Shown in pieces: positions 1-12,757 of a DNA stretch of 64,000 nucleotides. Origin of the DNA: Takakia lepidozioides (taxonomy: Eukaryota; Plantae; Bryophyta); the NCBI GenBank assembly GCA_030704615.1, contig CM060731.1, forward strand, positions 56,296,001-56,360,000. Direction: 5' to 3'. The notes below the pieces were generated by a model. The model ran no database searches. It had not been told where the DNA came from and saw only the letters and a program-made list of their open reading frames with translations. Both the position numbers and the translations under genes were made by a program. How positions within the stretch are numbered: position 1 is the stretch's first letter; each line of letters begins with the position of its first letter.

Positions 1-488
1 ACACACTTACTCACTAGTTTTTGGTCACCAACGGGTTTGCACCGTTCTCGGGGTTACTACTCCCTACATATACTTCTGTGACTGTCCGTGGGGGTTTCAC
101 AAACAACCCAGTCATTTTATGGCGAACCACCACGAAGACCCTCGATTCCCGGTGATGAGTCGCGGTGAGTCTTGGCCCACCCACCACGGCCCCATTGGAC
201 CGTGATGAGTCCCAAGACTCCCCACGACTCCCACCACAAAGGTCTCCGCCCCATGGTGAGTCCTATGCCACCCCCACTAAGACCCACTAAGCTACCACCA
301 CCCCTCGTGGAACCACCCCACCGCAACCCGGTGTGCGGGGCTCCACCTAGTGAGCGCCTCCGCCTCCTTGAGTGCCTTGGGCATTCAAGGGTGCTTCAGC
401 CCCCGTACCTATTGTTGCCACTGCCCCCACCACAGGGGCAGCCCCTCTTGTGTCCCGACCCCCTGCCCTCAAGGCGAAGGGCCGCGAC

Positions 489-686
489 AGATCTTGTACG
501 GTGTACCTCTGATGTGACTGGATATGTGTATGAGTGTTTGGATGAATGTGAATTGGTGAGGTTTATCTTTGTGCTAGGTTCCATCCTATCAAGCGGGTCA
601 CTGCCCTACTGTGCTACAACCCTCATACCTCCCTCATACTGGTAATACCGAACTAAAAGGGGGAATATATCCCCGGCCCCGAATTT
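489..686 (+). repeat. ~200-bp dispersed repeat (probable LTR 3' end plus PBS-like TGG), inverted copy at 9203-9389
   Basis: agatcttgtacggtgtacctct...gctacaaccctca...tggtaataccg...ccccggcccc matches the reverse complement of 9203-9389; both translate to DLVRCTS...GSILSSGSLPYCATTLI. The LTR/PBS reading (...CA then TGG) is inference. Confidence 0.7.
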
Positions 687-689
687 TTG

Positions 690-1235
690 GTGGAGATGTT
701 GTCTAAACGCCTTTTCTGGATTTTTGGACTTGGGTTTTTTTCCCGCTAGCTCCCAACGCTCCGGTATTTTAGAATCACCAATAATCCTACACTGACGGAC
801 CTTAGCATACCCTCCTTCTTTGTAAGGGCCAATCTCTTCCACTTCGCAGTAGAGTTCAGATAATAAAGACCAGTTGTGCCTCCCCAACCGGATGACCCCG
901 CTTTTCAAGGGACAACCCTAGTCCGGCGATGTGAATTCTAATTTGCCGAGCAAGCCCAATACTCAACATGTCGCATTAACTCAGCTTCGGCGGAGGGCAC
1001 TTGACCCTCGGTTGTTCTACCCTTCCATGTCTTCATTAGCTGCCTCAAATTCCACGTGGCGTCTTTCGCCCTGCTTTGGATCCACCGATTGAACCTCGTC
1101 TTGTCCCTGTTCGCCGTCCACTTAACCCCCGCCAAAGAGTTCGTCATTTTCCTCTCCATTTTTTGCTGAAAAATCTGAAACCCCACCCATCCATGCCTGA
1201 CATAAGCACTCTCCAGCCTCATCATGTCCCTACCC
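690..1235 (-). pseudogene. Decayed coding fragment ending in a protein-kinase N-lobe-like segment
   Basis: ORF 606-908 contains EIGPYKEGGYAKVRQCRI...WELAGKK, resembling the kinase Gly-rich loop and AxK motif. Upstream ORF 938-1225 is joined by a frameshift/stop. No catalytic-lobe motifs seen. Confidence 0.35.
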
Positions 1236-1239
1236 TTGA

Positions 1240-1605
1240 AATATTTCCACTTCAGGGCCAGCCAGTCTAGGGACTTAGCCCGAAAATGGCTAAGTCCCTG
1301 AACGGCAATAGGGCCTGGAACTGGAAAATGGCGTCGAATTTCCAGTTCAGGGCCAGCCAGTCTAGGGACTTAGCCCGAAAATGCTAAGTCCCTGGACGGC
1401 AATAGGGCCTAGAACTGGAAAACGGCGCCGAATTTCCAGTTCCGGGCCAGCCACCCTAGGGACTTAGACCGAAAATGGCTAAGTCCCTGGACGGCAATAG
1501 GGCCTGGAACTGGAAAATGGCGCCGAATTTCCAGTTCCGGGCCAGCCAGTCTAGGGACTTAGCCATTTTCGGAGCCCTGACTGGAAATTCGGCGCCATTT
1601 TCCCT
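1240..1605. repeat. Tandem palindromic array (~95-bp unit, 3-4 copies) of the MULE-associated motif family
   Basis: GAACTGGAAAA at about 1317, 1411 and 1506. Contains GAACTGGAAAATGGCGCCGAATTTCCAGTTC and the hairpin GGGACTTAGCC-cgaaaat-GGCTAAGTCCC, the same motifs as 30350-31300. Confidence 0.9.
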
Positions 1606-1619
1606 AACACCACTTGAGG

Positions 1620-2012
1620 CCTCTAACATCCTGAAATGCCAGGACTTGAAAAAAAGGCGGCGCGTATGTACCTGTACAGAAGGCGCATTGCTGCTTTGTC
1701 CGCGTTTGGCTGGTCGGTGAACTCGTGGCTCCGGCGAGCATCTGCTATCTCCCGAAAAAATAGGTTGGTTTTGTAGAGTAGAAAGTACCTCGTCACATAG
1801 TCACGTTGGCTCTCTGCTGCAGGAGATATCTCCATCTTGAACTGATGTGCTCGTGTGTCCAGCTGCTCTTGCGCATTCGTCGTCACCTGTGGAGATTGTC
1901 CATCAGATCGCTTTCCTCAAATACAATGAATCCCCCCCTACTAGAGTAGAAGCCCCAAACGAAGCGTGGGGAAGTACCTGAAACCACCATGTCATGCGGT
2001 TCATCCACATGT
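1620..2012 (-). pseudogene. Second, partial copy of the ParB-MTase gene (exon TTNAQEQLD...AAMRLLYR plus end of preceding exon)
   Basis: ORF 1623-1886 is near-identical to ORF 31303-31566; splice sites (CACAG|GTGACG, TACAG|GTAC) and the adjacent intronic array are also conserved. Confidence 0.85.
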
Positions 2013-2814
2013 TACCACTTCTTTTACCTTATCCAAGGCATCCGGTCCCGGGTAGTCTGGCTTGTTGACCTGGCCATCCTGCTCGTGGCACATTTTCTCT
2101 TCCTCCGACCCCCAAACGACCCCGCCCTACTTGAATTCACAACCCCCGACATTGTATAGACCTTTGCCCACTACATGGGACAAAACCTCGGAAAACGGCA
2201 ATGGACGCGTGTGGATGGTGTCTTCGTAGTTTCTGCAAAAAAACATGTCACCGGAGATCCGAAAACGGCAAAATAGTGATATGATGATTGAACCATGAAC
2301 AAGGGTGTAGGACTAACCAATAAACCATATACCCCCCCCCCCCCCCCCAAATAATCACCTTTGCACCTCCCGTTGGCAGTGCCAAGCAACGAAGTCCGAA
2401 AGGACTACAAGATGCCAAGGAACCGCACCACGAGAGGGGCAAAAGTGATCAGAAAAGGAGTGAAGAATGGTTTATATAGGTGCCCACCAGCCCCCCCCCC
2501 CCCCAAAATGGCATTATGTTTGAAAATGAGCGACAGGCCAGTGACGCCTCGCCACGTGTCAGCGCAGCGCGACTGGCCAGTTGCACCTCGCCACGCGCAC
2601 CCACATGGGAGAGGTCAAGGGTTCAAAACCACCTCCCCCCATCCCATTTGTTTCGTTTTTCTTGACCCGTAGCACCTCGCCACGTTGCTGGCCAAGCGCC
2701 GCATCATGATTTTATTAATAATAATAATAATAATAAAAACGCCACACTGCGGGTCCTTACCACCTGGATTTCTAAAAAAAAAAACACGATCGCTATATTT
2801 ATAAAACCAGCCAA

Positions 2815-4792
2815 ATCACTGGCATCAGTCTGTAACAAAAAAGACAGGGTAAAATCGGGGTAAGCAAGAACAGGGGCAGATGTCAAGGCGATTTTGAGTT
2901 TCTCAAAGGCAGAGATTTCAGCCAGGCCCCAAACAAATCGAACATCTTTGGACAATAGTCTAGTAAGAGGTGCAGCAATCTTTGCAAATTGAAGATGAAA
3001 CGGCGGTAATATGAGCCTAATCCAAGAAAAGCTTTGACACAATGTTTGTCTTTGGGGGTAGGGTACTCCCATACGGCCCGAATTTTGCTGGGATCAGGAC
3101 TGATGCCTGCAGCAGAAAGGAGATGACCAAGAAAATGCAGCTGCTCCATACAAAAGTCGCACTTCTTTGCTTTGACCTTAAGTCCAGCAGCATGGAGTCT
3201 ACACACCACCCTTTTTGCATGTCCAACAATATGAGCTTCAAAGGTAGTAGAGTACATGTTGATATCATCTATATATACAAGAGCACATTCCCAGCGTAAG
3301 TTTCCTAACACCACATCCATTAAACGTTGAAACATGGCGGTGGCATTGCAAAGCCCAAAAGGCATGGTTTCAAACTAATACATGCCCATTCTACATGTAA
3401 AAGCGGTCTTTTCTTTGGCAGCAAAAATGAGATGCACTTGCCAAAACCCCGCCACAAGATCTAGAGAAGAGAATATGGTGGCGCCATTGAGCTGATCGAG
3501 CGTCTCATTAATGCGAGGAAGAGGGTACACATCACCCTTCATTTGGTAATGGCATTCAACCTACGAAAGTCAACACAAAATCTGGTGGTTCCATCTTTCT
3601 TAATTACCAACCAACACGATGGGACTAGCCCATGGAGAAATAGAGGGAGTAATCACACCAAGGTCAAGCATCCGATGGATTTCTTCCTGGATAACCTTGT
3701 GTTCACGAACACTTTCCCTATATGCATGTTGCTTAAGAGGCTTTCCGTCAGTAACAATGTCATGCTGCAGAATATCAGTCCTGCCAAGATCATGTGGCCC
3801 TCTAATAAAAATATCCAGGTTGTTGCGAATGAAGGCATGAACACTACAGCAAATGGGGGGGTTTTGCGACACCAGCCGCGTCCCCATGCCCCGCGCGGCG
3901 CTGAGCCCACGACGCCGAGCCCGTGGTGTTTTTTTGCGACGCCGTCCCCCGCTGCGACACCATTACGATGCCCCAGCCGTCGTAAGGTGGCTTGAAGGGG
4001 GAAAGAGGGCCCTCGGTGCGACTAATTTTTTTTCTTGCGACGCCCAAGCGTCGGAAATCCAATATAAATATATATACTGTTTTCTTTTTGGACATTGCGA
4101 CGCCTCGGCATCGCAAAAGCGTCACTAAGGGCGTCGCAATAGCATCACCACAGTGTGATTTGTTTTTTTTTTTTTTTTTTTTTTTCGGGCTTTGCGGCCT
4201 TCAATTTCACAAAAGCGTCGCTGGGGGCGCCCCGCGCTGGGACGCCAACGTTGCGACGCCAGGGGGTCGCAACGGTCGCCACAGGGGGTCGCAATGGTGT
4301 TGTGGTCAGCTTAGGTCATCACAAGGACGTCGTTTGGGGTGCCTGGCGGTGGGGGGGGTGCAACAACAGCGATGACGCTGGGGCTGGGGCTAGGCACTAA
4401 GGCTATGGAGGTTGCAACTCCCCGGCGTCACAAGAGAGACCCCCTTAGAAACTTGAAGGAAATATTTATATGTATAAATGTATTTATTTAGATTGTTTTT
4501 GTGATACATAGAGGTAGCGTAGGTGTGTTGGTTAGTTTGTAGTGTCTTAGAAAGGTTATAACGTGGAGGTCTTAGGTTCAAGTATGCATTGCATGATATA
4601 TGTAGAACAATGAACATATCGCCATTACACATAACCAGAGTCAATGGTCAACAAGTTTTTGAAATTCAAATTTTAAATTCAAATTTTAAATTCAAATTTT
4701 CCTGCCTAAATTCAAATGTACCCCCTTAAATTGTGACGTCCGGGCATCGCACATTGCGACCTCCGGATGGTGCTAATTCTGCCTTGCAGAGT

Positions 4793-4828
<36 letters not shown>

Positions 4829-5500
4829 CGACGTCCAGGCATTGCAAATCGCGGCGGCATCGCAAATCGCGGTTTCGCCTATTTGCAACCCCCATTGGTC
4901 GCAAATTTGCGACGTTTTTTTGGCAACGCCCGAACGTCGCAAATTTGGTTCTCCCCCCCTTCCCGAAAATGGTTGTTTTACAACGCCGCGGCGTGGCTGC
5001 GGCGTCAAAACCCCCCCCCCTTCGAAGCTGGACTATCTGAGCAGGGGTCAGATGTTCACCTATCTTGATCTCTTTGAGAATCTGCTAAAAATGAGCCTCC
5101 TGGTCAAAAGTAAGGTTGCGATGGATAACAGAACCTTTGTGAGCAGCAAAAATGTGTAGCTGATCCACAGGTGAGTCTACAAGCCCAATATCGTGTAAAC
5201 TGAGGGCAGCCTGGACAGATGCTAACTCAGAGAGTGGCACAGTAGTCAGACACGCTAGTACTTGCCCTTTTCGTTTGGAAACAACAATGCGTTCAGGATT
5301 GGCAATGAGAAGCCGGGTTTCTCCTTTGAATCCACGATCAAGGACCCCAGCAACAATGAGACGGTGTTTCTGCAAAGTTAACTTCCGCCAGCCTTCAATT
5401 TTTAAAAACTGACCATGGGGACACAAAAATGCCAGACCTGTTGGGACAATACGTTGAGAAAAAACACGGATCACAAAATCAGTGGGGTGTAGATGCATAT
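2815..5500 (-). mobile_element. Ty3/gypsy pol remnant: dUTPase-like domain - RT - start of RNase H, interrupted by a CACTA insertion
   Basis: SPWASPIVLV, RFCVDFRRLN, MPFGLCNA, YIDDI and LQTDASD motifs with frameshifts/stops. 5085-5510 has IVPTGL...AGVLDRGFKGETRLLIAN...KGQVLACL (dUTPase-like). Removing 3842-5023 plus one GAA restores HLTPAQIVQLHAFIRNNLDIF. Confidence 0.9.
3842..5023. mobile_element. Non-autonomous CACTA element with damaged right end
   Basis: Begins CACTACAGCAAATGGGGGGGTTTTGCGAC; many TTGCGACG subterminal repeats in both orientations; right end ...GTCAAAACCCCCCCCCC lacks TAGTG; 3-bp TSD GAA (3839-3841 and 5024-5026). Confidence 0.85.
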
Positions 5501-8471
5501 ATTGGTACAAATTTCTTTTCAGATCGTTTTTTATTTTAAGGTAGACAGTTTAGGCATTGTATTGCCTAAGTAGGGCAGTTTGTGAGTTATCTGGGAATTG
5601 TTGGTAAAGCACGTAAAAATTTAGAATATGTCTGAGACGACCATGGAGGAGCTCTGGCGTCAAAATGACCGTAGGGAGCTGCATCGACAGCAAGTTAGGC
5701 TACCAATTCGGTACCGGTAACGACAACATGCACCTGTTCAAAACAATACATGGCGACTGTTCCAGTCCCGGATTGCGATCTCTCTATTCTCCCGCCTTTC
5801 AAGTCCAGTAGGAGCACGCGGCAAGGAGTCTTGGCAATTGGAGGAAACAATCTGTACAGCGATGAAATATCGAGACAAAACAAGTGCTGCATCGGAGCAA
5901 ACGACGGGTGAAAGAGCTTCCCGGCGAAGTTTTGAACTCCTCAGTGATGCAAAGTGTGTAGGAGGAAACTCCAGATGATCTGTGACCCAGTGGCAGGGCC
6001 AAAGACCCCCTGGGGGCACCACCAGTATTTTTACTGTCAGGAAGCGGCAGACTGCCTATTTGGTGAAACCATGGAAATCAACCAAAAGTGTGGCTTTTCT
6101 TCCCCGATCACTTTGAGATTTTACGGGCAGCTACAAGCCATCTAATTATAATTTTTCACCAAGTTTGGGGATTTTTGGAGGTGATGAGAGACGGCATCAA
6201 ATTATCACGCCGAAGGTAGTTGCGAAAGACAATTGAATGGAATTCTAGTTCATCCAATGGATGAAAACTGGAAATTCGACCTGCAAGCTGGAGGGATGAG
6301 AAGACAACCTAGCGCCAACTGGTCATCCATTGGATGGATAAAAAACCAGATTTATCATTAACACCAAGGTTTTCCATCTATGGTTATTATTTTATGGTGT
6401 TCTATCGTTTTTAAATTATAGACTCATGTAGGAAATAATAGTTTAAGACTATCTTTCACTAGTTTAAGAGGCCCCAAAAACACAATAAAAGAAGAGCAGG
6501 CTCCTCTTGTTCTTCAATCTAGTCTCATTTCCTTGTTTTGGCCTCTTGCTTGTGTAGTTAGTTTTGAGCTTGAGGGAGCTAGTTCCTAGAGAGTTGAGCT
6601 TGTGGCTCTGTAGTATTAGAAGCAAGCAAAGTGAGAGCATGATAGTCCTAGCTCAAGGCCTTGTGGCCATTTGGGGCAAGAAGTAGAAGAAGCGCTCCAT
6701 GAAGTAGGAGACTTGAGAACAAGTAGAAGTGCCGGAGGAGGACCAGGCTTGAGTACCATTCTACCAAGCGATTTAGTGCATCCCAAGTACCACTTGTTTC
6801 AGAGGGTGACTTACCATACTATCTTGACCTTTGAATTCATTGATTTCATTTGTTGTTTAAGCTTGTTTCAAGAAGGGACCTTATAGCATTGTTTGCTAAA
6901 AATCTATAAAAACTAACCCTCTTTCAAAGAGGATGTGTGTGCATCTCTATATACATGTGTGAAGAGCACAGGTGTGAAGCCCCAAGAGACAGGGCCTTAG
7001 GAATCTAACCCAATTACGTCATGGAAGTGAGGGTAGATGTCCATTATTATATTTAAGGAGAGGGCGAGCTTGCATGAAGTGGCGAAGCTCTTGTCAAATT
7101 TCTCTTTCTAGCTTAGTGGCAACGGTCATATTGTATGAGACGTCGAAGCTATCGCCAAAATTTCCATATTATTAAGTTCATATCTATGTTCATAAGCCCC
7201 CTGGCCATAGAGGACCATGGGAGGCGTTACTAACTAGCTTTATAAGTGGTTAAGCTATTTTGTAGAGAACTGCCAAAAAGGCGGAGCCCAGCACTAAAAT
7301 GCCGACGCCTTAGGCGCCTTTGGGTTGGAGGTCAACCAAGGAGGTTGCCTAGAATCGCCATGGGAAGACGCATCTAACACGGGTGGCGCGGCCTTCCCCC
7401 ATGGGGGGAAATTGACCCCTGGAGCAAAGTACGGATTGCTGGTACACTGCATGGCAGCACCAGACGCCATAGCTGGGCCCGCGTAGGTACGACACGAGCG
7501 GCAGAGATGACGGAGCCTACCTATTACCCACTGGACCCGCGCCGGTGGCGGGCCAGTCACGCCGCGCCACGTAGCATGGGCCGCGGGGTATCGGTTTTAA
7601 CCGCTGGATATTGCGACGGACCCGCCAGGGACTGTTGGTCCCTGGGACAGGTATTTTAAGGGGGGTTTTCTCCCTATGCCTTTGATTTCTTGTGCACTAT
7701 TCATGGTGTTCTTCTTGCATGGGAATGAGGGCGTGTTTTAGCTAAGGATAAGAAATGGTTGGAACCATTGGATAGGCCCCAGTGAGGCCATCAGTTTGAT
7801 ACGTATTCCGGGGCTTGTGAAAGCACGACTCACGGGTAGATGCCACAGGCAGAGAGAGAGAGAGCCCAGAAACAGGGAGGAGAGAATCCCTGGTGGGGGT
7901 TTCACAAGGTAAAAGATTCTCCCCCTTCTGTGCTTCACAATAGACATAGTTTTCTTAAGAGCAGGGCTAGCGTCTTTGTAGACAGTTCTGCCTTCGTTTT
8001 GAACAGTAGCTCCTGTAGCAATGGATTTTCTTTGTCGGAATGAATCGCATGTTTTGGAACGTTTATTTATGAAGCACCAGTTCACCTCTCTTCCTTCTTT
8101 CCAATTGGGTAAGAGCCTCACTATCAACCATCCATACCCCTCCTCAATCAATTCAGCAATGTGGATTCATTGTTGCCAAAATACTTTAGAATACACTGCA
8201 CTATATTTATTTCATTCATCCATGTGTCATTCATAATACCAACATTCATCCTCCATTCATCCTTCATTCATCCAACCATCCATGCTCACGGATTCTGCTC
8301 ACGGTTAAGCAATCCCCTTGCCTACCCTACGTAAGAACTTGTGACTACATGCTTGAGGCACTTCATCTTTGGGTGAACATTTGATGACTTATCAAGTGGT
8401 TCTTGTACATGTCCCTCAAAGGCCTTTGTGGATGTTACATAAGTTTCTTTCACTTCTCTCTTTCTTTCTAC

Positions 8472-8818
8472 CGGGTAAAGAGGTGCATGCTGACATTTTA
8501 AAAGCTGGAATTGTGCCAAATATTATTTTAGACATTGCCGTTGTGGTCATGTATGCCGAATGTAGGAGCATCAAGGATGTAAAGGGCGTCGTTGACAAAA
8601 TGGCTGAACAAAATGTGGTGTCATGGAATGCAATGATTGCAAGATATGCCCAGCATGGATATGGAATGGAAGCTTTGGAGATAGATGAGCAGATGTTGCA
8701 GGAAGGGTTGAAGCCCAACCAGGTCACGTTCGTTTGCGTTTGCAATGCATGTGCCAGTGTAACAGCCCTGGAAAAGGGCAAAGAGATCCTTTCTGATATC
8801 ATGAGTGCTTTTGCATGA
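8472..8818 (+). pseudogene. PLS-class PPR fragment
   Basis: GKEVHADILKAG...MYAEC...NVVSWNAMIARYAQHG...PNQVTFVCVCNACASVTALEKGK; isolated between repeat DNA. Confidence 0.85.
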
Positions 8819-9202
8819 GATGGTGCTCAGTGCATAAGGGATTCCCATTTCTCTCCAAACTGGTGTGAAGGAGGGTTGGCTGCCTCATCATAATTCAGAA
8901 GAAAACTTGGCATGTCTGTCTAATTCAACTTATGCTAGGAGCTCCCGAGCTGGAAGTACTGAGCCCGGTCATCGTATTCATCATATTCAATTCCCTTCAG
9001 ATTTATCCCCGATCCTCGCAAAATTATCCCTGCAAAATTATCATATTCACTTTCTCTCAATTTTATCATAATACCTTCCATTATATTAATTTCCCTTTGG
9101 CTCCATTATATTCAGTTCTTTTGAGTTTTATCACATGGAATTCCATTACATTCAGTTCTATTCAAGTTTTTAGTTTTTACCTCCAATTCCATTGTGAAGC
9201 AA

Positions 9203-9389
9203 GATTCCGGGGCCGGGGATATATTTCCCTTTTTAGTCCGGTATTACCAGAATGAGAGTTGTAGCGCAGTAGGGCAGTGACCCGCTTGATAGGATGGAAC
9301 CTAGCACAAAGATAAACCCCACCAACTCACATTCATCCAAGCACTCATACACACATATGGTCACATTAGAGGTACACCGTACAAGATCT
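9203..9389 (-). repeat. Inverted copy of the repeat at 489-686
   Basis: Direct reverse-complement match with a short indel. Confidence 0.75.
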
Positions 9390-10049
9390 ACGATCAAATC
9401 CACCACCCCTTTTGCTTGGGAAAACCATATTATATAGTATCTAAGCATGTTATCTAATCTAGGCCAAACGGCCTCTATTCATTGCTGTCCAGATGCCTTC
9501 CCAGCTAGGCCACACAATCAGGCCACCTCACATAATCTAATCCTAATTTAATTGTTAACTAAAGACGACACCAACTTAATACAGCCAGCTGTACCGGCGC
9601 TTAATACGTAACAACTATTCTAACCTCGTCCATCCGAAAACCAACGATTAAGTTCATTCCATCCGCAATACTCAACGAGCGCGCACATCCTGTGTCATCC
9701 TCATAATCATTCATCCATGCCCAAAAGACAGGTAGGTAGGAATCCAACCCTCACATATGTGAAGCATGTTGGCTCCACAAGATTGAGTGAACTCCTGCGA
9801 GCTAGAGAGGGACAAGACAGGAACTACAAAAAAAAACTAGGCACCCGACATACATCGGATGAAAAAACCAACAGAACAAAACATTGCCCTGCAAGGAGGG
9901 CGAAGGACAAAAGATCAAACTGGAAAAACCCCATGTATGGTACAAGGTGATGCCATAAGCTAGCACAAATAAAGGAATGAAATACTAACTAAGGCTCTGA
10001 ACTAGGTGATTGCAATCTGGAAAGAGCAGCCCGGGTAGGGGTGTAAATC

Positions 10050-11420
10050 ACCTGCCTGTTCTCAACATTTAGACAAGTCAAATCAAAAGTTAGTGTACAC
10101 AGAACCAACAAGGATACATGCACTGAACTAGCCAGGTTAGGAGTGGAAGAATGTTGTGGGAGGAGAACATGTTGCGTGCCTGGAAGGATTTCAGTGATGA
10201 GGTAGGGACCATCTATGCGCCGCTTAGCTTTGGACACCTGCTTTCGAGGTGGAGCTTGACACATACAGATTGACCCACCTTAAAAGACGCAGAATAAACG
10301 ACCTTACGGTTATAGTACTTAGCCTAAGAAGCCTGTACAAAAACAATGTTGGATTTTTCCGTCTCACGTAATTGTCTGCGTTTAGCATCCATAGTGAGCA
10401 AAAACTGCTCTCAATTTTCAGGCTCGGTGACCGATACCTACAACCAAGAAATATGCAAAGGAGTACAACACTTCTTTCCATACAACAACTCAAAAAGGGA
10501 AAGCTTAGTACTAACATGAATAGAAGTGCGATAAGCAAACAACAGGATGGGAACAACCATGTCCCCAATATGTAGCCCAGTGGTAAGGGCATATACCCTC
10601 TTACGAGTGGTTGTGGGTTCAAACCACCCTGTTGCTTGTAACGAAGGTGTCCACCTTCCTATCGGAAGGCCGTAGCCCTTCTGGGTCAAGTGACACCATA
10701 AGTTACGCTTGCTTCGGCAACGCGTCCATTTTTATTTTATTTTTTATTTTTTCCCATTCGTCAATTAAAGTCTCATTTTTCTCCAACATCCGACACATGG
10801 TTTGGTTAAAACGTTCAGTCAAGCCATTGCACTTGGGGATATAGGGAGCAGTCACCGCATGAATGGTATTCAGATTGAACAAAACAATTTCCATGAGCTG
10901 GTTGCAAAACTCGGTACCTTGATCTGTGAAGATCTCAATGGGACAACCGTGGCGGAGGATCACCTTGTCAAAGAAGAATTGTACCACTTAATCGCTGTCA
11001 TTAGCAAAGTCGGAGCTCAACCCATTTCGTCAGGTAATCCGTGGCTACAGCAAGGTAAGCATGGGCCTTGGACGTGGGTTTGAACTTTGAGGGGTCCAAC
11101 TAAATCTAACCCTGCCCTTGCAAAAGGTTTGGTAACGATGATAGGCTATAATGGCAATGGAGCTCGAACGGTTCTAAGCAGGATGGTCTTGGCATGACAT
11201 GGAACACATCAAGCAATGAAAGCTGAAACATCCTTCACTAACCCCTTCCAATGGTATTGTTCTTGTAAGCGTTTGACTGTCTTAGCAACCCCCAAATGAC
11301 CAGCATAAGTAGAGGCATAATAAAGGTCAAGCAAAGCAGGAACAGTGGACCTAGGAGAGAGCAGATTGGCCTTCCAAAGCATCAACTTTGAACAAACGCC
11401 CTTCACTTTCCCGGTGGGTA
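10050..11420 (-). mobile_element. Ty3/gypsy integrase remnant (HHCC, DDE core, GPY/F)
   Basis: GHLGVAKT...CVPC, LDLVGP, TDQGTEF, NGLTERFNQT and GPYLITEI motifs with stops; interrupted by a SINE. Lies upstream of the RT on the same strand, so it belongs to a different copy from 2815-5500. Confidence 0.85.
10567..10752 (+). mobile_element. tRNA-derived SINE with T-rich tail, inserted in the gypsy integrase
   Basis: A box TAGCCCAGTGG, B box GGTTCAAACC, tail tttttattttattttttattttt; splits integrase DEW|DMVVP; related inverted copies at 23250-24160. Confidence 0.7.
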
Positions 11421-11972
11421 GGTAAGTGATAATTAATTTGCCTCATAAGCAGCTTGGATATGCCACTCAAGTGGGTGCCGGCCTTGCACCTATGGAGGAG
11501 AGCATCGTAAAGTGGATCATCCATGCTTACAACCTTCATGGCCACACAACAGTGGTTAGAGCAGGTGAAATGGAAAGTTTCCACCCCAGTGATCTTCCCT
11601 TCATGAACCCTGTCATCCTTTCAAAGGCTGCCTATGAAGACCTGTGTAAGCAGGCCTTAATGAACAACCCTGTCCCTTGGCCAGGAAACAAAACAGGCAA
11701 GAGGCTAGAGAAAAAATGGACTGGGCATATGTAAGGAACATAGCTAATCACAACTGTGGATCTGCTACGCTTAAATGCACACCAGTACCAAGAACAGACT
11801 TAATGAACATCAATTTGCAGAAGATCCCAACTGTCGTTTGTTGGAAAATCCAACAAATGACACAAAGCAATTGGATCAAAATGGGACTCAAAAACAACAG
11901 GAGGAGATGAAGGAGAGGGGAGTCGAGCCAAATCATCTAAGGTGGTATAAGGATCAACAGCTTGGGCATCGA

Positions 11973-12290
11973 ATTAAGGTATCGTTGATGATACCTTAAT
12001 CCCCAGCCCCTGCACACACATGCTTATCGCTAAGACATGTTTTCCATCTTCAATAACATCTAATTTGTCACTTTTCGGGGATTGTTTTTTTTTTTTTTTT
12101 TTTTTTTTTCCCTGTTGGGTTCAATTCTCAGGTTGGCACAAGGCTGGGAGTTAAGATGTCGTTGACGACACCTTAATCTGCAGCCCCTCCACACACTCAC
12201 TAAACCGGTAATGCATGTGCTCCCTGAGTTGAAATGTCATGTGCCCCTGTTTGGAATTAAGCTACCGTTGAGGGCATCTTTAGGCCTGCT
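11973..12290. repeat. Three diverged stem-loop repeats
   Basis: ATTAAGGTATC-gttgat-GATACCTTAAT (11973-12000), TTAAGATGTCG-ttga-CGACACCTTAA (12151-12176) and a degenerate third copy near 12256, each followed by a similar cccct..cacaca. Confidence 0.6.
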
Positions 12291-12399
12291 TCCCTACACA
12301 AAAATGAACCCCCCCCATGGTTTTATCGTGGGCTGACATGTGCTGAGATAGGCTGCGAATCAAGTTGTCATTGACGATAGCTTAATGTCTTCTTCCCTG

Positions 12400-12757
12400 C
12401 GCATGCTCATCCCTGATGATACATGTTGTTGCAGTCATCCATGGTTTACTCGTCTGGGCAATTTTTCATCCGATAATCATCCATCGTTCATCCATTCCCG
12501 TTTGTGTTCATCCCACATACATTCATCCGAAACCTTTTTCATCGCATTTTCGTGCCACATTGTCGTCATGGAGCATGTCTGTCTTCGATCCAAAAGAACG
12601 GACACTGCGTCCTTGCAGTGGAGTTCGCGTCCACGGCTATAGGCCTAGTTCCCTCGGTTTTGGGGTTCACATCAGTAATTTGCTCACGCTTTCAATCTGC
12701 TCACGCATCAGGGAATCTGCTCACGCCTTAGCTGCCCTCGGTAGGCAACTTGCTACA
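12400..12757 (+). repeat. LTR-like fragment; related pieces at ~8280-8349 (+) and ~41142-41260 (-)
   Basis: Shared repeated (t)gctcacg motifs and a ...ctaca end; ggagttcgcgtccacggctataggcc resembles the reverse complement of 41227-41253. Confidence 0.45.

Noticed and set aside
5600-8280. Possible LTR/UTR sequence and short ORFs
   Set aside because: Looks retroelement-derived, but no paired LTRs, TSD or recognisable domain could be supported.
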